DNA of 64,000 nt from Raillietiella orientalis (lineage: Eukaryota), in assembly GCA_036172245.1 (NCBI GenBank), contig JAYWIR010000011.1, forward strand, positions 868,001-932,000, in the 5' to 3' direction. Shown here in pieces: positions 38,980-48,599 of this stretch; position 1 is the first letter of the stretch, and every line of letters starts with the position of its first letter. The notes below the pieces were generated by a model. It saw only the letters and a list, made by a program, of their open reading frames with translations, was not told where the DNA came from and did no database searches. The translations under genes and the position numbers were made by a program.

Positions 38980-39617
38980 CTCTTCGACGCCGTGCGCACT
39001 ACCCGAGGATGCGTGCTGACCCTTGAAGTTATAGGAGGTCACCCCAGGGGATCACCCCATGAGCCCAGGAAGACTCCGGAGGAAGGAGTCCTCTCCTCTT
39101 ACGCTTGGGAAGGAATCCCCAAGGGAGACTCCTCCTTATTCTTTCGGGAAAGGGACACTCCTCGTTCTTCTCTGGATGGGACCGGAAAGGATCCGCCCCT
39201 GGTTTCCGTGCGCTTACGCTCTAGAGAGGCAATCCCCGAGTGGGGTGTCAACCAGCACTATTGTACCGATGGAGAGTCCATTCCCGAGGAAGGGGAGGGG
39301 GAGAGGAACGGCTCCATTTTCCCAATTGGAAAGAGCCCCGAAGGCAACTGGCTCTTGGATTCCTGGAAGGACTCCGTAGGGATTGGAAGATGACCTTACG
39401 GGTCAACTTCCAATCCCAGCCAGTCGAGAGGGGCGTCCCGTTTCCACCATTGCTGCACCTGAAGCCCGTGGGCCAACCAGCGTCGTCATCCTGAGGGGGG
39501 AACTCTCAACCCGCGACGCATTCCCCATTAGTCGTCGTCGATCCTTCCCCGGACGGGATTCGAACTCGCGATGCTCGGTGCCGCGCGCGGAGACGGCAGC
39601 CTCACGGCCGCCAAAGA
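38980..39617 (-). repeat. tRNA-like-headed repeat copy T5 (head + body)
   Basis: ttggcggccgtg...tctccg...ggcaccgag...gagttcgaatcccg...ggaaggatcgac. The body aligns with T3. Confidence 0.75.
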
Positions 39618-40439
39618 AGACTACAGAGTCATCCGAGGCACGGATTGCAAGGAGAAAAATGGGATGAGGGGGAAAGGTGGGGTAGCACAAATCACGAGAT
39701 CTCGTGGAGATTTTTCTCTCTTCTGAATCAAGCATTTGCTTTCGCGAAATGCCTGCGACTTGCAAATGATGTGCCAGGGGGACAGCGAGTGACCAGGGGG
39801 ACCTACAGAGTCGTCACCGTCCTGGCTGTCCTCTTCATTTCATCGTCGACTCGGCCTCTGGCAGTCCAGCTCGGAGGCCGCTTCCTCCGGTGCGCTCGCG
39901 TTGGTGCGGCGAGAGCCGCTGAGTCGCTCGTGACCCACCCACTCGGGTCGCCATGTGTTCTCTCGGCCGCGCCACGCCCAGCCTGCGAGCCGCTGCCGCC
40001 GCGTGTCTTCCAGCCTCCAGATGGCTAGAGGCAGGAGGACGAGCGCCGCTCCCCGGAGGAAAACGCGCACGAGGGGAGCGCGTCGAAAACGGATCTCTCC
40101 CGAGGCGAGGCCAGACGTCGAGGAATACGTGCGACCTCCTTGCATGTGGTACGGGTCGCGAGCTCCTTTTCCCACCCTTTCTCCGAAAACGGGGCCCCGT
40201 CGAACTCCTTAAGCCCGCCTCGGGGGCAGCATTCCCCACCGGGGAAGGCATTACCCTCGCAGATCCGAGCGCCATCTCCACTCGCGAACGTTTCCTAGCG
40301 AAATCACAAGGCCTGACTCTCGCAATTTCTTCCCTTGTCTCTCACGCAGTCTGTGGAAAATCCAATCAGGAAGAAAAAAAAAAAAAGGATGAACTCAAAG
40401 AGGAGATGAAATATGGAGCCGATCAATCGCGTAGACACT

Positions 40440-40740
40440 CGCCAATAACGAAATGTTCATGAAGGACCATCGGATAGCAGAGGGAAAAACATTCCTGGCT
40501 TCGTACAAGAACAAGGGATCCACAGCTCACGAGAAAAAGTCTCTGAATTCCCCGTGGGCGTGCCTGCCATTAGCCACAGCCGATGTAGCCGACATGTAGC
40601 CAAAAAGGACGTCCGTCAACATGCCTCCCGGCTTCACGTAGCCTTCCTACAGCTAATGCCGACCCCAGCCGTGCAGATGGCATGGAGTTTATCGAGATGG
40701 GAATCTCGGCATCCTGGTACTTGCGAAACAGATACAGCCG
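40440..40740 (+). mobile_element. Decayed RT fragment (domains 1-3)
   Basis: 'KDHRIAEGKTFLASYKNKG' resembles RIPxxWK...LIxKKG, and 'RLHVAFLQL' resembles LxVAFLDL. Confidence 0.45.
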
Positions 40741-42040
40741 AAACATGGACCACAATTTAGCCACCAGCATCTTGAGAGATGATTTTCATCAATCAGCTGG
40801 ACCTTTTCCGGTACGTGAATCGTCGCTTCCGATTTTGCATGTCTTTATTTATTTATTTATTTGATGCCGTTTCCTGAGTACGAAATTAACGCCTTCTTGA
40901 TTCTTGCTTTGGACGCTGCAGCCTTCCATTAACCCATTATTCCTGGAGAAGTGTGACGTAAAAGCATGTGCAATTGAGTCCATAATAAGACACGCACGGG
41001 CACGCGTGTTTTGCTGAAAGGCTCAGGGAACAACTCGCTCTCTCGTGCGAAAATGTCATCAGCAAAATATTTTCACCTCCAGGAAGCGGTCCTGTGTCAC
41101 GAAACCGGGAAGCTTCCTTGCGTATCGGTCTCCGCGACCGCCAGCAACACTGAGGAACGAGGTGTGTCAGCGACCTGCTCTGTTCCAGCAGCTGCGTGAG
41201 ACGCTGAGGCGCTGGAGCAGAGATCTGGAAATCGCGCGACTCTCCGTAAGATGAGAAGAGCAGCGGGGATGCGAATTCAGCAGCCATCGGAGAGTTGGCA
41301 GGCGAGGGACAGACTGGACGTCTTCCAGACCCTTTGCCTCCAGGAACGGAAATGCATATTGGGCGAATTCTTTCGGGGACAGGAAAAAAAAAAAAAAAAG
41401 AAATCCAAGAAACGGAGAGTCTCCTGAAGGTATCTTTCAAAGTGAAATCCGTCAGGCAAACAAAGAAGAAAGAACGTCCTCACGCTCAAGCCCTTTTCAT
41501 GATACGCCCACCGATGTGGTTCAAGAGGTGACAGGTCAAAGGAACGTCAGAGTCCGGGGCTATGAAAGTTCTGGAGCAAGACAAGGCGGCATCCATATTG
41601 ACGACGATACCAAAACCAAGGAAGTCCTCTACCCTTGGTTAGTTTTGGAATCGGAACACTAAAAACGTTATCCAGCATTCCCAAGAGTTGACTGCTACTC
41701 CAACACGCGAAAGAGTGGTGGAATGAAAAAGGAAGTGTCTTCCAAACTTAAAAAGAGGATGCAGTGCAAAAAAAAAAAAAAAGGGAGGATGCAAAGATTC
41801 CGAGAAACTTCAAGACTTCAAAGACTTCCGATAAGACATCGGGAACTGAGAGTTCCTCAAGGAGGTGCGAGGTCGTCATTTTTTATCTGTTTCAGAATCT
41901 GTAATGTCGCCGTGAGAGCCTCTCCAGACCTGAACCTACATCAGTATACATCAGTATTATTGCTTCATTCATTAATACCTATCAAAAGGTGAAAACTTGT
42001 CAAAACGATGAAATTGCTGCAAAAATATACCTCCATGTAC

Positions 42041-42099
42041 GTGTGTGTGTATATACATATACATACATGCATACATACATACATATATATAATACATAC
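42041..42099. repeat. Compound microsatellite (GT)n/(TACA)n/(TA)n
   Basis: gtgtgtgtgtatatacatatacatacatgcatacatacatacatatatat is directly visible. Confidence 0.9.
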
Positions 42100-42389
42100 T
42101 TAAAGCATGCTCCTGTTGACAGAACTCAGCTATTTAGAGATTTTCCAGCATCTCCACCATGCTAGTCTTGAACATGGTGGAGAATGACCTCTGCATGACC
42201 TCTGATCCTTAGAAAACCAGGTCTGGAATGCTTGGATCTTGGTTGTCACCATCACTTTGCCTTACCTATCTCATTTTTTGTTATCACATATAGCAAGAGA
42301 TGCAGATTCCTGGTGCCGAAGTCCTCTAGAATGGACTTCCAAAGTTCCGGCAACTGAGTGCATGAAGATGAGAAGAGTACTACACAAAG

Positions 42390-42740
42390 GTCAGTGGTGT
42401 CTTACGCTATTCGAAATTTTTTCTCTCTTCCCAAACTCCTTCCACGCTTTTCGAAGGTTGCACGGTTGGTCCTCAAGTGAGCCTTGAGCACTGGGCAGCT
42501 GAAGGACGCGGGCTGACGGTGCACCGGTTTTCTGTGGGACTGTGGCTTCCGAGACTGCTCTGCTCGACTGTTTCATCTGACTGATCATCAACTTGATCAT
42601 GACGTTGCAAGATATTTCCGTTGTTAAGACGTGGTTCACTTCCATATTTCTTCTTTGGCGATCTCTGCTTGATGACCTTTTTCCAATAATTATTTCTCGC
42701 GGTAAAAGAGGGAACAGATGAGAAAATTCTTTCCGCATCT
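42390..42740 (-). mobile_element. Decayed RT-thumb fragment (possibly R4-like)
   Basis: 'ARVLQLPSAQGSL' resembles RLYLPxxxGGxGL. Confidence 0.3.
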
Positions 42741-42969
42741 TGGAGTAAAACCTTGGTCATTTTCATTGGATGGGTTCCATGGAACGGGGGGATCAGATGG
42801 GGTACTCCTGTGACCGTATGTGCGCTCCTCACCGCGACGGAGGCCTTGGTTCCCTGACTCTAAAGCGCGTGGGGCGGTAGCTTGAGTGGAGGACGCTTGC
42901 CCTAGTAGCGAAGCTTTGGCATACGAACTAGTGCGAGTCCGCACGAAACCTGGTCAAGCAAGCCACTGG

Positions 42970-44505
42970 CACAAAGATGCTGAGCCTCACAGAGCCCGAG
43001 GCACTGCCAGTTCTGCTTCGGAAAAACAAGGGAGAACAGGCCAATGCCTATCTGTTTTTCCCGACTCGGCTTTGACATAGAGGGGATCCATGGTAACTTG
43101 GGGATAGGGAGAAATATCTCGAATACAATTGCAGCAGTTGCGTCGCAGAAAGACGAGAAGGGTTATAGAGGGCGCTGGACGTGGCCGCTTCCGGTTCTCA
43201 CGCGGAATTTCAGCGCAGCCGTTCTTCGGCAAGGTTCCCGGCAGGGGAGCGATGCGCGTAGGAGGGCGGTGCAGCACCGCCCTCCTACGAGAGCTTCAGA
43301 CCTGCCACCTTAGCCAATTTCCGAAGGAGCACATTAGGGGAGAGTTCATTTCCAGAAAGGGAAGGGGACTTTGCATAAGAGGGTGGTTCGAACTGCAAAC
43401 ACCTCAATTTCCTGGCGCGGCGGTGCAGACGCAACGTGTCCAGCTGCGGACTGCAGCTCCGGCGGGCGGCCATCGCTGACCAGAAACAACAACTGGATCC
43501 TCTGCCGGTCTGCGAACGGTAGCGCCTGGCTGCAGGAAACCGTTCGCACATGGGCCAAGAACAGCGAAGCGAGCACGGAGATGCGGTAGCGACTGCTGCA
43601 CTCTTTCTGCAACAAGCGCTCGCTGCAGCACGTCATCGTGCAGCCACCACGTGTGCGTGAGCGCAAACAACCTCCCTAGCCGCGGCACAGCCCTCCCTCA
43701 GGGAGCACCTGCGCAGTAAACAGCTGGCCAGATGGGAGGTCAGCTGCAAAATCAGTCAAAAGACTAGGGAGCTAGGTGGTTGGACCACGGGCCAGCTCAC
43801 GGACGTTGCGTCCTCAAGTGCCCCACCTCAGTTGCGCTACTGGGGTGAGCTGCTGGGAATCCTACGAGAAGACTTCGAGTGGCCCTCCCCCTGAGGTGGC
43901 AGGAGTCGGCACTTCTGCTGTTCTCCCGTGCAGCGCTCGCCGGTCTCACTGCACCTGGGGGGTCGTGGATCCCCCAGGTGAAGTGTTTCAGGTGAAGCGA
44001 ACGGGAATCTCAGCTCCCGCATTTGCTTGCGGACTGTGCAGCCCTCTGGTCCCTGAGGTTGCGTCACGCAACGGCCCTTGGTGCACGTACGGACAATTCC
44101 CGGCACGTGATGAAGTGCCTCTTCGTGCGCGATGCCCTTTCGGCTGGTGCATCGCTAGCAGCTGTTTGCTGCCTACGCGGGATTGTGGCGGGGGTCTGGA
44201 GCTCCGCGAGAGAAGGACGGAACGCCATCTGCTTCGCTCCGCTCCTCCTGCGGACAGCAGCAAGATGGCCCCACCTGAGGCATACTTCCCGGATGGAACT
44301 TGCCGGCATCCCGGAAAGGATGCAGAGAGCACCCTCCGGCTCCCGGTCATCCCTTCCCTAACCCTTCTAATTTTTCTGCATATGTTTTTCTTCGCTTTTT
44401 TTAAAAAAATTTTGGTTTGCCCCCTCCCCCTCTGCTGCCGGGGCGAACATCGTCGGCCTGCGTGCCGGTTACTCGGCAGGTTCCGAGCATTTTCGGGCAA
44501 TGTAG
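42970..44505 (-). repeat. Right arm of 1.54-kb inverted repeat; continues uninterrupted into the terminal module (to ~44576)
   Basis: It is the reverse complement of 32453-33987. AATAAA lies at 44544-44549, followed by ctggggtgaccggg. Confidence 0.97.
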
Positions 44506-47500
44506 GGCCGATGGTGTTACACATGTATGTTTATGATTTTTATAATAAAAGTTCTGGGGTGACCGGGTGATGAACCAATTCACCTGTCATCTGTGAGCAC
44601 CCTGAAACGCAAGGGGGGGGGGGGGGAGGAACTCTTCAGGTCTCACTGGGAACCACTAACCACGACCGTTCGCAGGTCACGACCCTGGCACGCGACTCTG
44701 GAGATTTCCCTCGTGAGAAGCACGAAGTCTCTGTGGAGAGCAGCCATGGAAAGAAGTCCTTGACGTGGATGAGGCAGGAAACGTATCTGCTCACGGGAGG
44801 GGCCCCTGGGATGAGCCTGGCCTAGCTGTGCGGCGCGGAGGGAGGAATTACGGGACCTCGGACCCGCCCGACATGTGCGCACTCATCTCCTCTCGTTGTC
44901 CCCTTCAGCTTTCCTGCTTTCCTTCGCTCACCTTTTTGTTACCAAGTTTACATTCCCTGTAAATTAGGCACCGCAGCTCCTCCAGATGACAACGGCGCGT
45001 GGGGGTACTTCAGGGAAAGACTCCGTGGGAAAGAAGAGCAGCTCTAGAGGGGATTTTGAAGCCCTTCGAGATCCAGGGAAAAAGAGAAGGTACTTACGCA
45101 GTTTGCAGTGGAAGATCCGAAGGCTGAGTCCTTGGGAGCAGGAGGAGGCTCTTGGGACAAGAAGATGAGGGTGACTGCGTCGCCCGACCGGATCGTCGAC
45201 CAGCTGTCCTGGGGGGTTAGCTGACTGCAGATGCAGGAAGAAATTATTCCGTGGATCGGTCCAGCAGCAGCGACTGAGGTCGTGAAGGTGGCTTGGAGCC
45301 CACCCCTCTAGGTGTTGGGTAGTTTCTTGCAGGGTGACACTGGTCAGTGGCTGCACAAGCTCCCAGTGGGTTCCCGAGATTCGAGTCCAGGAGCTCACTG
45401 CCTCCAGACGTCAAGGAACTCGCCCCCTCGTCCCTGTATCCTCAGAAAAGCTCCCCTTCCACTCCTCGCCACCATATTATTCCTTTTTTTGGTCGCCTGC
45501 CGTGAGTCGAGCATCCGGCAGAATGGATCGAACGGGAAGAAAGGACAAAAAGAGGAGGAGGAAGAGGAATGAGACAAAGTGCCCTCATCCCATCCATCTC
45601 CCTCCTTCTCTCCCCAGCTGCGCTCCTGACCTCCTCCCGCATCTTTACACGGTGCCATTCACTGCTGCTCGCTGGCACGGAGGGCGCTGGCTCGCTCACG
45701 CTATGGACTCTAGTGCACCCCTGCGGTAGAGGACTCTTAATGGTCGAGGCCTTGTTAGGCGAAATCTGCAGCCCAAGTCGGCCATCCTAAGCCCAGATCC
45801 TCCCACACACCCTGAGAGTGCACTGCTAGAAAGGAAGGAAGGGGAAAGGCCCTCCGCATTCCGATCCCCTTTCTCTCTTTCCCAGGATCTCCCTGCTGGA
45901 AGCTGCCCCTGAGTTAGCAGGAGATCCCTTGAGAGAGGATGGCGGATCCTTCCAGGGTCTGTGCGGTTTGAGAGGAACCAGGAAGAAGGAAGAGAATAAG
46001 GAGAATTCAGGAGAGAATTTGGAAGAAGGGAGGAGAAGACGGGAATGAGGAAGAGTTCAGGATCCTCTACTCCTCCTCCTCCTGCTCTGGAGAGGTCCAG
46101 GAAAGGAGAAGGTCGCCATCCTTTCCTTTCTCCTCAGCGGTTTCCTGATTCTCCCAGCGCGCCGCGGGGATGTATCTCGGTGCTATCGTAAGGAGATCAC
46201 CGTCTCGGTCTTTCCAGAGACCCAAAAGCTCCACAGGTGCCTGTGGACCGGAGTTCTGGACTGAAGGGGGTGTAAGAGGGCTCTCCCTTGCCTTGCCCGA
46301 GAAGCCGGATAGAGCCAACAGGAGCGCAGAGTTCCTGAACCTCACCTCACGCTACAGCCCGCTGGCTATCTTGAAGTCATCTCTTTCCACCGTTTCCGCT
46401 CTATGAAGGCGCCCTTTTCGACGTCACGACTCTCAAAGCAATGGAAGGCATCTGGCGCGCGCCTCTCCAGAGGCTCCGCTCAGTGCCCGCGAGACGGAGG
46501 CGGAGGGCCGGCACTACAGTGACAGTCAGGGCCCGCCATTACAAAAACCTCGCTGCCGTGATGCAGGATTGACTTCCGAAGGTCCTCCAAGAGGATTTAC
46601 AGGGGTCACCACCCGCAAAATTGCATTTTGGGTCACCGGGCCCGAAATCCGAAGGAAGCGACCTCTGAGTGGCATGCCCGCTCAGCCCGCACCCGGAGAC
46701 GAGGAGATGGGACCCTGCACACTGATGAGGAGGGACAAAGGACACGGCCTCTCAGGAGGGGCCCTTTCGGGCGCTTAGAGCAACGCGACCAAGGCTGAAA
46801 GAAGCAATGGCTCCGCCGGAAGCCAATGCTCATCCGACGGCTTCCCTCGGCATCAGGCAAAGCGCTCCGGAACGACATGGCTCCGCGTATGAAGGGGAGA
46901 GAAGAGAACGGAAGGCCTTTTCTCTTCCTCCTCTTTCTTACCCATGGAGCACCTGAGCGTTCGCGTCTGAAGCGATGAGGTGACGGACTGCTGCCGCAGC
47001 TTCCGCAACGTCCCCCGCTGTCGCCTGTCTTTTCGAGGTCATCGGAGCGGGGCAGAGGACCATGGCATCAGGCAAACGTTTGCCCGGGGAGAGTCTGGTC
47101 GAGCATTCTTCGGGGCATCTGCCGACCCCTGAAGTCATTCTACTGGAGGTTTCGGAGCGTCGTCAGAGGGATGGGGACGTTCTGGTGCGAGCGTCTTCCC
47201 ACGCGTTTGGCGGAGGGCATCTCTACCTTTCATCCGCCAAACGCGCCTGCTGACCCCGGGGAACTCTCTCTGGACAACTCCCTCCCTTCCTCCCGTTCGA
47301 AGAAACCAGAATCGATTCCTGCGGCAGCTGGGAGGGGACGAACGCGGCAGGAGTTCTCCCCGTCACCCCCGGTCTTTCCTCTTGGAAGCGTGCCTCCATG
47401 TCAGGGGTGCATCGGCGGGCCTCCTGTTTGAGGGGGAGGCGGCCTCACCACTTGAGGCAGCAGTGCAGCCCTCCTGCGGGGAGGAAGCTCCCGCCGCCGG

Positions 47501-48599
47501 AGGGCAGGTGAGACAGGACTTCTCCCGCCCGCGAGGACTCGAACCGACGAACCTCGGGACAATCAGCTGACCCGGCGCGCTGACCGGGAAAGCCAGTGAC
47601 CAGAGATTCCCTGCGGATCGCTATCCCAGAAGTCCCTCTGGGAGGTGAGGCCTGCGTTCGTGCGGACAGCTGCTCTCGAGGGGGCGCCGGGAGGAAGAGG
47701 TCGTGTCCTCCACCGCGAAACCTCCCATTGGTCTGCCGTTGCTGGGGAAGGGTGGCTCCTCCCGAAGGATGCGCGCCTGCTTGACCGCGGGCGCAGACAC
47801 ACCTGCTGCGAGCTCGGCGGAGCGAGAGAGGCGGCACGGCAGGGGTGCCACCTCTCCGAGTCGCCTCCTTGCCGGGCGTGAGGAAGTCTCCGACGAAGCA
47901 CGCGGTGATCGCGGGAGGGCGGCGACCGTCGTCCTGCCACCCACCGCTCAGTGGGCCTCCGCGGCGTCCTACGTTCGAGCCAGCGCCTCCTCCTGGTCCC
48001 GCGTCGTTGGAGCATCTCTCGGATGGGTGGCCCGCTGCCCATCTTTAATGGCAGTGAGCAAGCGAAGGTGATTAGTTGGATATCCTCTCCTTGGGAAGAA
48101 CCGAGCAGCCTGGATGGCAGGGCAAGAGGCGTTTGCGACCTCCTCTAGGTGCTGCTCGCCAGCAGGCTAACACGGAGGGCAGGGCAAAGAAAGGAGTCAT
48201 TTCTCTTTGCAGTCTGCTGTGGGAGATCAGTGGGGTCACGTGACTGTCCCGGAACCGCCAAGGAGATGGGCACCCGTGTCTCAAGCACCTGAGGACAGCA
48301 GGCTCCCTGTAGCTTCCAAGAGCGTTCCCAATACTGTTGCCATTTGCTTGGTTACACCGCGCGCGCTCCTCCGGGAGGTTTCCGCGTTTCCTTGAGACGT
48401 CCAAGGTCTGTTCGACTCGCTGCCTTTTCTCCGGAGCTTTTCGCCCCAGACCGAGCCTCTAGAGAGATGCCACCAGGAGAAGACGGGAGGGGGAGGAATT
48501 CTCTTTTGGAAGGGTTCCTTTTTGGCTGGGACCTTCCTGTAGGCTGTGTCAAAAGGACCTGGAACTGTCCTCAAGTCGGGACGGATGCTGATGTCCCTC

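Noticed and set aside
39545..39617. Functional tRNA gene (GTTCGAATCCC T-loop); likewise ~26350-26410, 32380-32448 and 36075-36144
   Set aside because: There is no acceptor-stem pairing or consistent anticodon arm, and the copies diverge freely. Treated as tRNA-derived repeat heads.
32453..44505. Large DNA transposon (Polinton/foldback/MULE) with 1.5-kb TIRs
   Set aside because: There is no TSD or transposase. The arms are internal pieces of LINE-derived repeats, and homology continues past the apparent outer end.
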